64,000 nucleotides of DNA, taken from NCBI RefSeq assembly GCF_006345805.1, contig NC_043005.1, forward strand, positions 91,698,001 through 91,762,000. Reading direction: 5' to 3'. Below the pieces are notes generated by a model that saw nothing but the letters and a program-made list of their open reading frames with translations, had not been told where the DNA came from and did no database searches. Source of the DNA: Octopus sinensis. Lineage: Eukaryota. Positions 14,440 to 27,879 of the stretch are shown here, piece by piece. The position numbers and the translations under genes were made by a program. How positions within the stretch are numbered: the stretch's first letter is position 1; each line of letters opens with the position of its first letter.

Positions 14440-14842
14440 TCACATCCTGCACATAAAACTGTGCCGGTGGCACATAAAAAGCACCAACCGTTTGTGGCTG
14501 TTGCCAGCCTACCCTGGTACCTGTGCAGGTGGCACCTAAAAAGCACCATCCATATGTGGCTGATGCCAGCGCTGCCTTCACTGGCTTCCATGCCGGTGGC
14601 ACGTAAAAAACACCAACCGATTGTGGTCATTGCCAGCTCCCTCTGGCCCGTGCTGGTGGCACATAAAAAGCACCCACTACACTCACGGAGTGGTTGGCAT
14701 TAGGAAGGGCATCCAGCTGTAGAAACACTGCCAGATCAGATTGGAGCCTGGTGCAGCCTCCTGGTTTCCCAGATCCCAGTTGAACTGTCCAACCCATGCT
14801 AGCATGGAAAGCAGACGTTAAACGATGATGATGATGATGATG
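14440..14842 (+). mobile_element. RTE 3' UTR fragment with ~4 tandem ~60-bp units and (GAT)n tail
   Basis: Repeated gtgccggtggcac.taaaaagcacc units, then the conserved UTR end and gatgatgatg. Confidence 0.8.
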
Positions 14843-15519
14843 AATATACATAATTTCTCATCTCTTAAATATAGAATGTAGTATGCAATGAATAAGTAAA
14901 TAAACCTTCAAGATTGAATATTTATTGGCATGTATATTTTCTTAGTGATATATTCATCACAACACAAGTACAATAAGTTATGCTTTGCTGAGGTCAGAAT
15001 AATACAAAACTATGTCTAGATTTGTCTCTCCATACTTTTTTTAAAAATGAAAATAACAGGAGTCCTTGATAAATATTAAATTTTTTTTCTTATTACTCGT
15101 CACATATTTATTTCTTGGTAGATATTGATATATCTTGATAGCAATTCTAAATAATTTCATTCAATGAGGAAAATTACATACAGACAATCAAATTAGAAAA
15201 TGTAGAGTCAGCCTAATTTTAGAAATGAGTTCTCTGAGCAGATATAGTGTTATTTTACTTTTTTTTAAATGTCCTAATTAAGAGTATGAGCCTCACCAAT
15301 GTTGTTGGAGACTCTCCAAGATTGCTAAAATTGATTTGGTTAAAAATCTGCTGGGAAAACATAAGCAGAAAATAACTTTTATAGGTTTAGCATTCTGGGT
15401 TCAGAGAAAAATTTTAAAGCTGGTGCTTATTTCTGATTTCAAGAGGTGAAATCTCTTTCTCCTTTTGAATAGGATGTTAATCTATCACAGGTTGCATCCC
15501 CAACACAGGTTGTATATGT

Positions 15520-16860
15520 GTGTGTGTATCTTTTACTTGTTTCAGTCATTAGACTGTGGCCATGCTGGGGCATCACCTTGAATTTTTAGTCAAATGAATA
15601 GACCTCAGTACTTATATTTTCTAAGCCTAGTACTTATTCTATTGCTGTCTTTTGCTGAGCTGTCAAGTTATGGAGACATAAACACATTAACACCGGTTGT
15701 GAAGCACTGGTGGAGGACGGGGACACACACACACACACATATAAGTTTCCATCTACCAAATCCTTTGACAAGGCTTTGATATATATCACCATCATCATCA
15801 TTTGAAGGCCACTTTTCATATTGGCATGGGTTGGATAGTTTGACAGGGTCTGGTGAGCACCAAGACCATATCAGACTCTAAAGTCTACTTTGGCATGATT
15901 TCAATGGTTGGATAAAATCTTCAGGTGCTATGCCCACAGGTTTCAGCAGCCATGCCAAATTCTGAGGATTCATTAATTTTCTTGGGAAGAATACAGCAGT
16001 AGTTTTGTTTTGCTCTACTGAAAGTTTGTTTATTTACAGTTTTCTGTGCCAGCCTTTTGTCCTCCTCAACTTATCCTTGAGAAATTATTCTTTTATTCTT
16101 TTACTTATTTCCGTCATTTCACTGCTACCATGCTGGAACACCACCTTAAAGGGTTATAGTTAAAGATGTCAACACCAGGACTTATTCTTTATAAGCCTTG
16201 TACTTATTCTATTGGTCTCTTTTGCTGAACCACTAAGTTACAAGGATATAAACACACCAGCATCAGTTGCCAAGAAATGGTGGGGTGACAAACACAGATG
16301 CACACACACTTAAATATATACATACATATATATTTGCGTGTGTATATATACACACACAACAGGCTTCTTTCAGTTTCCATCTACCAAATCCACTCAAGGC
16401 TTTGGTCAGCCCAAGCCACTTGCCCAAAGTGTCACCCAGTGGGACTGAACTCAGAACCATGTGGTTGGGAAGCTAGCTTCTTACCACACAGCCATGCCTG
16501 CACCCATCTAACCCTTAGGCTGTGGAGACATCAAGGTATATCCACATATGTATATGTGCCTAGGAGCTCATCCTTCTATGAGTCCTGTGTGCCTTAGCTA
16601 CGGGAACATCTGCTAGTTGACCTAAAATTGTGGACCTTCATAGGTGATACCAGCTGCAGCCTATTGTCATACCCAACATGAACACTGACACAAAGACATA
16701 CATACATACACATACACACGTATATATACAACAAGCTTCTTTCAGTTTCCATCTCACTAGGTTTTGGTTGGCCTGAGACGATAGTAGACGACACTTTCCC
16801 AAGGTGTCATGCAGTAGGAAGCAAACATTTTACCATTCTGCTACACTTCCACACCTGGGT
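15520..16860 (-). mobile_element. Cluster of three family-B SINE copies (about 15520-15790, 16085-16500, 16720-16860)
   Basis: Recurrent cagtttccatctaccaaatcc core and tgtggccatgctggggca tail in reverse orientation. B-box-like gggactgaactc at ~16441. Confidence 0.7.
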
Positions 16861-17220
16861 GATATCAGAATTCTGAAGCAACTTCTCTTTGGTCAATTCT
16901 CAACAGGAAGGTCAGTTGGAAGGCCACTCTTGCACTTCAAAGACAAACTAAAAACAATCTGAAGCAATGCAACATTACCTTTTCTTCCTGCGAAGACAAA
17001 GCATCATAAGAGAGGACTTGATGCCAGTCCTGCTTCTCTTCAGTTCAAAGATTTGAGCAAAGTTGATTCCAACATTGGGACCAACTTCATGCAAACAAAG
17101 AAGGCATGCTGGCAAAACACTGCTTCTCTAAATAAAGGCCTTACCTGACATTGTGGTTTTGTGGCAAAAGCAAAGCAGGCCTTGATGTCTACTCAAGAAA
17201 ACACAAAGTAAATGATCCAC
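16860..17220 (+). mobile_element. Degraded C-terminal fragment of a second RTE/BovB-like LINE
   Basis: Reads RILKQLLFGQFSTGRSVGRPLLHFKDKLKNNLKQCNI, similar to the RTE/BovB PKxLLYGEL..GRPxxRFKD motif. Many disablements. Confidence 0.6.
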
Positions 17221-17472
17221 AAAGTAAACTGAGTCCTCAACTTGTTCCATTTGTTAAAAGGTTTGCAAGGCACCAGCAGGCCCCTCATGATACACATTTG
17301 TGTCCATAGAACTTGAGTACCACTTTATTATGCTGAGCCCTCATTTGTTGTTCATGACAAGAAAATCACTCACATACACTAAGAATAAGGATTAGAAGAA
17401 TGAAACAGAGCTTACTGTGCACTCAGCTATGCTTTTACTTCTCTTATCTGGTCAATATATATATATCATTTA

Positions 17473-17703
17473 TATTTCTTTATTACCCACAAGGGGCTAA
17501 ACATAGAGGGGACAAAGAAGGACAGGTAAAGGGATCAAGTCGATTACATCAACCCCAGTGCGCAACTGGTACTTTATTTATCGACCCCGAAAGAATGAAA
17601 TGCAAAGTCGACCTCGGCAGAATTTGAACCCAGAATGTAACGGCAAACGAAATACGGCTACGCATTTCGCCTGGTGTGCTAACGTTTCTGCCAGCTCACC
17701 GCC
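17473..17703 (-). mobile_element. tRNA-derived SINE (family C), full length
   Basis: Reverse complement of ggcggtgagctggcagaaacgttagc...ctgggttcaaattctgccgaggtcgactttgc...taaagaaata. Flanked by near-identical tcaatatatatatat(c/a)attta direct repeats (TSD-like). Confidence 0.85.
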
Positions 17704-18289
17704 CTCAATATATATATATAATTTAATGTAAATAGTATTGAAATAACAGCTACCAATAGTTTCATGCCATAGAAGCACTGTAATTCAACCCATTTATAAC
17801 ACACCTTGTATCTCCAAGCAATCTTTTAGGCTTCGTGCACCTGGTTAGGTGTCCTATTTGAAAATCTACTTTCTGTGTTGATCTTATAACAGAACAGAAA
17901 GCTATAAACAGCCATGTGAACTAAGGCAACGCATGTAGAATTAAGTACACTAAACATATACACAGCAAAGTACCTGATATTAATATTTTGCATATACATC
18001 TATGATGTGGTATTATGTTCACTCAGATATTTCACTTCTGCACACAGTTATAGATTCATTGTTACTCAAATAATTTCAAAATGTTACAGTGTTTCTTCAC
18101 TGATACTATATTGTTTCTTTCCTTCTTTTTTTTTGTTAAAAAAAAAGAAAACAAACAAAACCTTCAACAACTGCACTGTAGTGGTAAAACTTAGTATTTA
18201 CATTTCAAATAATTTTCTGGCTCAGTCCTCTCCATTTCTCCTATTATTTCAATCTTTTCCTCTTTGCATATTTCTACAGAACTCTATTT

Positions 18290-18720
18290 CTGTCATTTTC
18301 TCTTCTTCCTTAGATATTCTCTTTCTTTACCTTTCTCCTCCCCTTCTCTCTCTCTCTCTCTCACTGTAAATGTTCTCTTTTACTCTTTCTTTTTGATACT
18401 TATACCCTTTCTTACCCATTCTCCTATTGCTCTCTACCGCTCTGAGTTTTTTGTCATTTTTCTTCTTCACCTGCCTAATTTACCTCACTGCTCTCTTCTT
18501 TCTCTTTTTACTTTTTCCTTTCTCTCTCTCTCTCCTTTTTTCTTTCTCTTCTCTCTGTCTCCTTTCTTTCCCTAACTCCTTTCCTTCTCTCTCCTCTCTC
18601 TCTCTTTCTGTCTCCTTACTCTCTTACACTCTGCACTCTCCACACTGTCTCCATTTTCTGATCTCTCTCTCTCTACTCTCCCCATCTCCTTGCTCTTTAT
18701 ATCTACCTTTTTACCTTCTT
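18290..18720 (+). repeat. Polypyrimidine (CT-rich) low-complexity tract
   Basis: About 430 bp almost entirely C/T, with (CT)n runs. Confidence 0.85.
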
Positions 18721-19075
18721 ATTTAATTTTGTTACTGTTATCTTGGATTACAGTAATCTCAGACTGCTCTGTCTACATTATAGTTTTATCTGTGAAGTTT
18801 TATTTTATTTCTTTTAATTCAGTTGCTCATCTATAAAAATGTTATATTTCTACTTCATTGCAAGATGGGGGCCATGGGTTTCTTTTATTTTACTTTTTTT
18901 AAAAACATCTTTCTTTATATTTGATAAACAACTTTGCAGTCTTCACTACATGTTGGAAATGCTACTTATTAAAACATTTGATATTTAAAAAAAAATAACT
19001 AGCTGATATTATTGCATGTAACTCTGCACAGAATGTAAACTTTATAGAAATTAGTATTGTAGTCCCAATACTAAC

Positions 19076-19431
19076 CTCTCTTTATATAAAGCTGAAGTTG
19101 TCTGTGTATGGCAGGTTTTGTAGCCTTCAACTAACACTATCTCCTCCGAGACCCTGCGGCGCAAGTTGACCAAAATTGAGAGTATGATAGAAGAAGGCTT
19201 GTTCTTCCTTCTGTAGAAGAAAAAATTCAAATTGGACCATGTTAACACCAAGAATTATTTACATAAAAAAGGTGCTTTTTTTCTATGAAAATCCTGCTTT
19301 GTCATTTTTCGGTGCATTTCAACCAGAAAAATGTTCACTTACAGAGAACAACAAGCTACATAATGCAAAATTTTTACTTTTCAAAAATTCCAATTCTAAA
19401 GGGTCGAAACAAAACTGAGCAACACTGCTAG
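19076..19431 (+). mobile_element. Possible non-autonomous Helitron/Helentron-like element
   Basis: Starts ctctctttatataaagctgaagttgtctgtgt and ends ...gagcaacactgCTAG|t, resembling Helitron-derived elements. The subterminal hairpin is not clearly intact. Confidence 0.4.
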
Positions 19432-20487
19432 TAGAAAATAAAAATAAATAAAATATAAAAAAAAGTGATGGTAGTAGAGGAAGTTGATTACTTCAGTAAT
19501 ATCTAATCAAGTACCATTAAAAGTCTGGGAATTGAACTCCTGATCATACAGTTGTGATTGCAACACCCTAACCACTAGACCATATGCCTTCACACACACA
19601 CACACACCTGTATGTATACATGTGAATGTATGCATGTGTGTCTGTGTACATTTGCTGCTTGCTTATTCAGGTCGCAACATTCACTGGTATTTCTGTTGCC
19701 CTTTCTCCTGTTAATACAGTGTCTGCTTAGTTTGTGGATCCAGCTGTTAAACAATGCTTCCGTAACATATTTGTCTAACTCATGCTAGCATGGAATAACT
19801 GATGTAAAATGAAAAAAATGATGAGTGATGCTTCCTTGTGATTTCATCTCATAATTCTCTTACATTTTTATCTTTTATCAAATGACACTTTCAGTTCAAT
19901 ATCTGTGAAGTTGTATTTAGTGAGTAAATGTTCCTTAAAATGCTGTTGAACACTTTTCCACTTGAGTATCCTTTTGTTAAACACACATTTTTTTTTACCT
20001 CTAATTTGCTGCAGTTTTGAATTTTCCTTATACTTTACATATAAATAATATGCATGATTGCAGGTTTCATCATAACGAATGAACTCCAAACCAAGTAGAT
20101 TGAAAAGAATGTTGATTTTGGTGTTTTAGCAGCTGATGAACCAGAACCAGTGAAATTTATCAGTTTTGATTGCAAAAATTTAGAATTGTTTGGTTTTGCT
20201 AGACATAGCTGAAATTATTGAATAATCTTACAAAACAGGTTTTCAAATAAAGCAAGGCATTTTTTCAGTTGATGCTTGATGACATTTTACATGATTTCAT
20301 TATCCTGACAAATATAGTTCAGAACTATATTGCATATGCACATTCAAGCATCTGATGTTGTGAGTATAGATCTGACAGCTGGGTAATAACACAGTTTTCT
20401 ACACCTGTGGCAAAAGCACACAAGTCTCGTATTTCCCCTCCACTAGGTTCATGATCAGAACAACAACTGGCAGTCCATGATCAAAAC

Positions 20488-20710
20488 AGCTGGCAGAAGT
20501 GTTAGCATGCCAAGCAAAATGCTTTGCATTATTTCGTCTGCCACTACTTTCTGAGTTCAAATTCCGCCAAGGTCGACTTTGCCTTTCATCCTTTTGGTCG
20601 ATAAATTAATTACCAATTATGCACTGGGGTCAATGTAATCAACTTAATCCGTTTGTGTGTCCTTGTTTGTCCCCTCTGTGTTTAGCCCCTTGTGGGTAGT
20701 AAAGAAATAG
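20488..20710 (+). mobile_element. Family-C SINE
   Basis: agctggcagaagtgttagc...gagttcaaattccgccaaggtcgactttgcc...taaagaaatag. Confidence 0.85.
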
Positions 20711-21356
20711 ATCTATTGAGCAGAACCATCTGTAATTAAGATTTACGAGAAGTCATATTCCCTATCACTTGTAGTTTGATATGTCATGTAAAAAGCTATA
20801 AAAGTTATTCTTGAAATGATCATTTTGCAAAATTCTGACTTCAGTGTACATTTTTGTATGTGATTGTATTATGCTGTTATTATCAATTCAGATCATGAAA
20901 ACATTTTTTTTTCCATATAAAAAAATAATTCAGATTTGAAAGGATTAAGTGATAAATAAAATTAGAAATAAAAATTAATAATTAAATTTTTTATTTAATT
21001 TCCTGCTTTGTATAATAGAAATATCTGAGAAAGCTAGTGATGTTCTTTGACAGAAAAAAGTAAACTCTGTAATAATTAGCTGGAATGGTATATTGAATGT
21101 GTTAATTTTTTATTTTATTTCAAGGCTATGAAAATGTCAGCTTTAGCATTGTTTTTTTTCTTAAACTTGCATATTGATCTTGTTTCCTTTCCTGGTTTCT
21201 CTTCTCTGCTATGAGTTCTTGGCTGACAAGTAGTGTTGATTTATAAATCACATCTATGTATAAATGAAGAATTTGTTATTTGTGACTACTCATAGTTTAG
21301 GAAATATAATTGTTCTTTTGCACAAATAATTTCAAAGAACGAATAGAAAAAAAGAG

Positions 21357-21391
<35 letters not shown>

Positions 21392-21684
21392 ATTAATGCA
21401 TGTATATTTGTGTGTGTATGTTTGAGTGCATGTCTATATTAAGTCCACCTCACAATGAGATTAATAATTCCTTTGACGTATTCCAATTCATAACTGACAC
21501 AGACTTTTTGTTCAACTCACACAAAATCTGTTTCTGTCACATCATTTCTTTCCTTGTCTATGAACCATCTGACTGAAAGTTATATTTATCTTACTATCCT
21601 GCACCTTTCTTACACACACACACACACACATGTTTACAGTGAAATACTGTTTATTTTCTGGAGAATAAAATTATTTCGGAATTA

Positions 21685-21913
21685 TGGAGATGTACTTGCA
21701 CAGCAAGTAACCTAATCTGAGATCATGTGCTGGAACGAAAACAATTGCAGCGTGGAAGGTGTTTATAATGATGCAGCATGGAATTTTGTCAGTGAACAGG
21801 TAACGGTCTCAGAGCAATGAAAATATTTTGACAAATTAAATTTAAATGTTGAAGTGAATCTAACAGTTTTTGTGTGTTTCTTAAATGGCTTATAAACACC
21901 TTTCATGCTGCAA
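21685..21913. mobile_element. MITE/foldback-like repeat with 24-bp inverted arms
   Basis: ttgcagcgtggaaggtgtttataa (21745-21768) is complementary at 22/24 positions to ttataaacacctttcatgctgcaa (21890-21913). A truncated second copy of the left part lies at ~29950-30022. Confidence 0.6.
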
Positions 21914-24639
21914 AATTATTTCCTTATCTTTCAATACATCTCAACACTTCTAAAGCAAACTTCGTTTACTGTCATCGTAATTTGAATTTAATATATATAT
22001 ACATATGTATATATAAGTTCAGCAAAATTTAGATTCAGATGAATATGTACTTAAGTTAAAAGCACCAGAATTTGGTATGGTATTATCCATATAAATCAAA
22101 TAAGAAGATTAGAAATCTCTAGAGCATTAGAAGTTCTCTATTCTCCCTACTCCACTAGCTTCAGCCTACTTACTTTAGCTAAAATACATTCAAATGTGCC
22201 AAAGTTAAATTCCTCATAATAGGGTTGGGTTTATGGCTTTGACATTTGTACTACTCCTTCCTCTATCTATAAATAGAAAAAATTCTTGTTTGTCTCCAAT
22301 GAACTAAATGAAAAACCCCTCCCCATTGATAAATCTAAATAACAAAATGAACTCAGTGATAAAAAATCTGTCTATGGAGAAGGACCTTCTACTACCATGT
22401 TCTTCATGATGAAATTAACCTCTCTATCTATATATCTACCCTCTTTGTAATGTTGGCAAATGGAATAAGTATAAAAATGAACATTGTCAATTTAATTTTA
22501 AAAAATTCTATATGTGGCTGAAGAGTGCTTTACATTTTAAAACTGATGTAATACTTACATTGTTTAATTAAATGATGTAGCATGAAACGATTGTACTACA
22601 CTACCTTGGATATCCTTGTTGCTTATTTTGATTATGTCATCATCATCATCATCATCATCGGTTAACGTCCGCTTTCCATGCTAGCATGGGTTGGACATAT
22701 ATAAACATCATGTACCTGCTTATATGTACTGGTGATTGATTACCTATAGTTTGTTGTTAAGAACTGTGCTGGAGGAAAAACAGTTTGAGTAAAAGACTTG
22801 AGATCAGTTAGGAAGGGAGGTGGTGGTTAAGTGTGCAAGAGAAGAGAAGAGTAGAGGTTAAAAGAGCTTATTATCTTGTTGATGGACTGTGCACAGGGAG
22901 ACCTTACATCTATGGTTGTGAAGGTCTAAGAGGGGAGGAAAATAAAGTGAGATTGATCAAAAGCATGGTTAATATCTTTGATATGTGAGAGTTGGCTAAC
23001 AACCTGCAGCATATCAATTATCTACTTATTTTCCCCTAGTATTTGTAGTGTTGTAACCTGAATGTTTTCTTTTTCTCCCTTCTTAGCTGAGTCTGGAAGA
23101 AGAAAGGAGCAGTGCTTATGATTTTTATAAGCCCTCCTCGACCAGTGAGATTGATGTTATTAATGTTCTTTCTTAATAAGTAGACATTTATAGGAAAGAT
23201 GTGAGCATAGAAGGAATTCCAGATTGTCAATGTACTGGGCAATAATGATTAGTGTGGGGCTCTTAGAAGAGGCAGCTGTTGGCCCTCAAGAAGAGTGATG
23301 ATAGAAAGAAAGGCGAGTGAGGTGGGAATGCATGAAAGGAGGTGGCATAAGCTGAGCCACCTTTGAAGATCAGCTATCATTATAATAACAGTAGAGAAGG
23401 CAGAGAGAGGAAGCAGCAGATTTCACTTCCGTCCTCTAACTCCACCATAGACCAACATGGATGACTGCTATATTTAAACATTGCTAATCACTGAATATTT
23501 CCCCCCATGTTGGTGTCAGTCACTACTGCCCATATATCGTTCTCTAATCCATGCAGTGTCCTAAGTCAAGTTACCTTACAAAATATTTCTCAACTGTACG
23601 TGACTGAGTTTGGGTTGGGATCTGTAACATTTGAGTCCTTTTAATCCCTCCTCAATACTGCAATCTCTTTTAATTGCAAGTCATAAGGTGTCTTGGTTAA
23701 TAGCCTTGCTGGGTGTGCTAAACACAGGTACTCAGTAGGTCATATATAAAAGAAAAGAAGAATTGGGAAACAGTTTTGTTAATGATTCAGATTCTAAAAT
23801 TATTGCTGTTCAGCTATTGAAATTGAATTCTCTGTGATCTTACTGGTTTTAAGATCTTTTAGAGAAGCCAGGTGGGTATATTGAGGTGTTTTCTTAAGGC
23901 CCACATCAGGCCATTGAAGGAGTTGGATTTATGACTGTAAGTTAATGTAATACCTGTTAGTAATTCTGTGTTCCTGTTGTCTTCTATGAAAAACTATATC
24001 TGCACGGTGTAACCTTTTCTAACTAGGTAGATAGAGGTAGTAAGTGTTAAAGTACTTTGATCATAGGTGCAGACATTGTTGTGTGGTAAAGAAGTTTGTT
24101 TTGTAACCACAGAGTTTTAAGTGTAGTCCCACTACATGGTATCTTGGGTAAGTGTCTTCCTGTATATGGCTTTGAGCTAATCAATTCCTTGGGAATGAAA
24201 TTGAAACACAGATACTGTGCAGAAGCCCATTGAGTGTGTTTGTGTGCTTTTGCCGACCTGTATATTTATGTTTCTGTTTACATATCTGGTTTTGTTGACA
24301 ATGCTTGGGTAAAAAAAAAATATTGGCATGTAATTACGTCCTGTAACTCAGCAGCTCGACTTATCAATGAGATAAATAACAGACTTAGAAATACCAGACT
24401 AAGAAAAAGATGTACTGTGATCAGTGTGATTCCCTAAAACCTTTCAGGGTGGGGTGCTGCATAGCTGCAATCTTATGACTAAATCAAGTAAAAAAATAGA
24501 AATGTAAAAAGAATAAAGTCCTAATAGAAAGATATGAACTTTATGTTTATTTAGCTCACTGCCTGATATTAAAGTTCAAATGCTGAAAATTAGCAGCTTC
24601 ATAGCAATGCAAGTCTACATTAGTTATTTAGAACTAGTT

Positions 24640-24830
24640 AATCCCTTCTATATTTAAGAGATGAGGAATTATGTACATTGTTTACATTCGACAGATATTT
24701 TTCCTCATCTTGTTTGTTGCTAACACAACATTTCGGCTGATATACCCTCCAGCCTTCATCAGGTGTCTTGGGGAAATTTCGAACACGGGTTCTCATTCCT
24801 AAGGTATTTTTCGATGTTATTATTTATTAT
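24640..24830 (-). mobile_element. Solo Penelope-like pLTR fragment containing a minimal hammerhead motif
   Basis: Minus strand gacac-CTGATGA-a-ggctg(gagggtatat)cagcc-GAAA-t-gtt-gtgtt at 24722-24767. Confidence 0.65.
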
Positions 24831-24833
24831 TAT

Positions 24834-25295
24834 TGAGTGACAGAGCAGTGCATGCCATCAAAGTGACACTGGGGTAAAATATACAAAGCCCAGTATACCC
24901 ATCATGACTACCCGTCTGATAAGGGTATATTAGGCACATGCATCACAACCATATGTGCGCGACATGGTGATCTCATATCAAGATAAACAGCGCATGACTT
25001 TGCAGGTGGGGCCTAGTTAGAATTTTCTTCTGGTTGAGTAACCCATCCCGCTCAAAAGGTCCCTGAATAAGGGTCGTTTAAGGATGCTGAATGAAACACC
25101 CATGTTTCCAGAGGTGAATTATTCAAACCCCAAAGAATCCCTCTCAACACACAGCTATGATGCTCCCCCACTACTTCTGTTCATGATCAGAGATGTACAT
25201 ATCATCAGCCAGTAAGGGACATGCTCAACTGGTTAAGGTCAAACAACTGACAAGCAAATCTGTGGTATTGAGCAGAATATTTGCTGTAGCCCAAG
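24834..25295. repeat. Unclassified interspersed repeat flanked by (ATT)n
   Basis: Higher-GC ~460-bp block with (ATT)n at both ends and no ORF. Only one copy in the window, so repeat status is inferred. Confidence 0.4.
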
Positions 25296-26394
25296 ATTAT
25301 TATTATTATTATTATTAGTTAATCCCTTATACTGTAGATCTGTGGTCAAAGGCATGCCAGGCTTGACCATCATGTCTTTTTAGATGTATCTGTGTCTACA
25401 CTGTCTAATGTGTAGACATTAAGAAAATAGGATGTGTTTTGAAAGAGATTTGGCTGCTATTTTGTAGCTGGCTGAACAACCCCATGAAAACTCTATACAG
25501 TATGGTGCCCTCAATTATTTTTGCTTTAATTTTATGCATTTGAATCAAGGATATAGAACCCTTTGGCTAAAATATATATTTTTTGTGTTTAATAACATTT
25601 TTTTAGTGTCTGGCTAGAAAAGCAATAAAGTTTGAATACTTGGCTCATAAAAATAAAATTATAAACAAGAGATATTAAATAACAAAAGTATTTCCTTTTT
25701 CTGATATGCTTTTGTAAAAATTTGAGTTATATGATAGAAATGTTGCTTGTCATACTTGGATGTGACAGACTTAACCGAGAAACCAAAGGTAGATTAGTCT
25801 ATCAAATAATATTACTTGCCTGACCTCAATTTTATTTTGGTCTTTCCTTTTAGTGACACAAACAACATTCTTTAACTAGAAATACGAAAGGTATTTCTTT
25901 CTATAATATTGTTTTTGTTTTAAAAAAATTTTTTTTTGTTTCAGTTTTTAATTCGTTAGAATCCATCAAACTTGTAGTTACTACTTTTAAAAAAATTTAA
26001 GTTTTAAGAATATTTCTTCAGGAAATATGCTTGTGAATGCATGTGTGTGTGTGTGTGTATGAGAGAGAGAGTGAGTGTAATGGAGAATAATGAACACATC
26101 CTCTCTCACTGTCTCTCTCCTCACCTCTAACACATTCACTATCAGTTTGAGGCTTGAACACAGCAAATATTTTGTTGTTATTGTTATTCAAATTTAGTTA
26201 CATTTAGCAAAGTAATACAACAGCCTGGTTTGTCCAGTTTTATGTGAATATACTTGCTTTCTGCAAAGGTTTATGACATATAAACAAAATGATCGAGAGT
26301 TCTTTTCAAACCTACTTGAATTGTTAAGCACGGTTAAGATTCTTCTTCTTTTTTTTTTGTACTTATTGAAAAATAGTTATGATAAAGAGTGTTT

Positions 26395-27290
26395 GGGTGT
26401 GGCTGTGTGGTAATAAATTTGTTTCAAACCATGTGGTTATTTCACCCAGTGGTACTAAGGGCAAGTGGCTTCTATTATAACCCTGGGCTGACCAAAGCTT
26501 GTGAGTGGACCTCATCATCATCATCATCATCATCATTTAGCATCCGCTTTCCATGCTAGCATGGGTTGGACGGTTCAACTGGGGTCTGTGAAGCTGGAAG
26601 GCTTCGTCAGGCCCAGTCAGATCTGGCAGTGTTTCTACGGCTGGATGCCCTTCCTAACGCCAACCACTCCGTGAGTGTAGTGGGTGTTTTTTACGTGCCA
26701 CCTGCACAGGTGCCAGACAGAGCTGGCAAACAGCCACGAACGGATGGTGCTTTTATGTGTCACCGGCACGGGGCCAGGCGATGCTGGCAACGGACATGAA
26801 CGGATGGTGCTTTTACGTGCCACCGACACGGGGCCAGACAGAGCTGGCAAACGGCCACGAACGGATGGTGCTTTTACGTATCACCGGCACGGGGCCCAGG
26901 CGAGGCTGGCAACGGACACGAATGGATGGTGCTTTTATGTGCCACCGACACGGGGCCAGACAGAGCTGGCAAACGACCACGAACGGATGGTGCTTTTACG
27001 TGTCACCGGCACGGGGGCGAGGCTGGCAACGGACATAGATGATAAACTGAAAGAAGCCTCTGCATATGTGTGTGCATGTTTGTGTGTGTGTATGTGTGTC
27101 CTTGTGTTGTGTTTGTTCCACACCGCTGCTTGACAACTTGTGATGGTTTTTTTTTACAAAAGAGGCTGGTAGAATAAGTACTAGGCTTGAAAAGTAAGTG
27201 CTGGGGTCAATCTGTTTGACAAAACCCTTCACGGTGGTGCCTCAGCAAAGCCCAATGACTGAAAAAAATAAAAGAGAAATGATAAAAGAT
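26395..27290 (+). mobile_element. Family-B SINE split by the RTE 3' UTR insertion at 26514-27036
   Basis: The 5' half ends ...aagcttgtgagtggac and the 3' half resumes ...aaactgaaagaagcc. These are adjacent in uninterrupted copies (e.g. 43143-43527). Confidence 0.75.
26514..27036 (-). mobile_element. Young RTE 3' UTR fragment with six tandem ~60-bp units
   Basis: (CAT)n tail at 26514-26534, CpG-rich, units at 26683-27036. Confidence 0.85.
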
Positions 27291-27879
27291 CCACCTTATA
27301 TGCATCACATAAAATAATCACAAGATTCAAATAAAACTAGATACTTTCATATGATTATGGTAAGGTCCCACATATGTATTATAAGTTGAAAAGAACTTTA
27401 ACGGAAATTATTCATTAAAAAAAGCTAGGAAGAGAGATAATTTCAGTAAGCTCAATTAACTGAACAGTTTGGAAAATTCAGAATGAGAATGGTACACATT
27501 TTTTTTTCTAGATAACAGCTTCTTGCAAATAAGTAGAATATGGCTGGTTTTCTGATTTGTTATTGATATTCCATTAGCAAGGCTCAGTATTGTCCCAATT
27601 CAATAATCAAACATGAACCATGTTCCTTTTTTTTTGACTGATTATCCATAGCTTACTTAAGATTTGCTTTCTTATCAACTTTCAGCGCAATCAGTATTGC
27701 CACTCTCAGCAACTTCTTTCTTAGGAAATCTTTGTTCCTCTGATTACATTGTGTAACATGATTTCTGTCCTTGGTAGCAGCTGTTATTTCCTATTTGCTT
27801 ACCCCTAGAAAGTATGAAAAATGGCAAATATTTCCTTCAAATTTTGCTTATGTTACATTTATTCAACTTTGCCCAGGTT

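Noticed and set aside
19893-20212. Possible mini-exon (donor GTGAGT at ~19920) and protein-like frame IEKNVDFGVLAADEPEPVKF
   Set aside because: The joined frame hits a stop quickly, no homology was recognised, and it does not fit the Slp domain, which is already complete without it.
26683-27036. CRISPR-like repeat/spacer array
   Set aside because: The 'spacers' alternate between two related sequences, there are no cas genes, and the array is part of the RTE 3' UTR in a eukaryotic intron.
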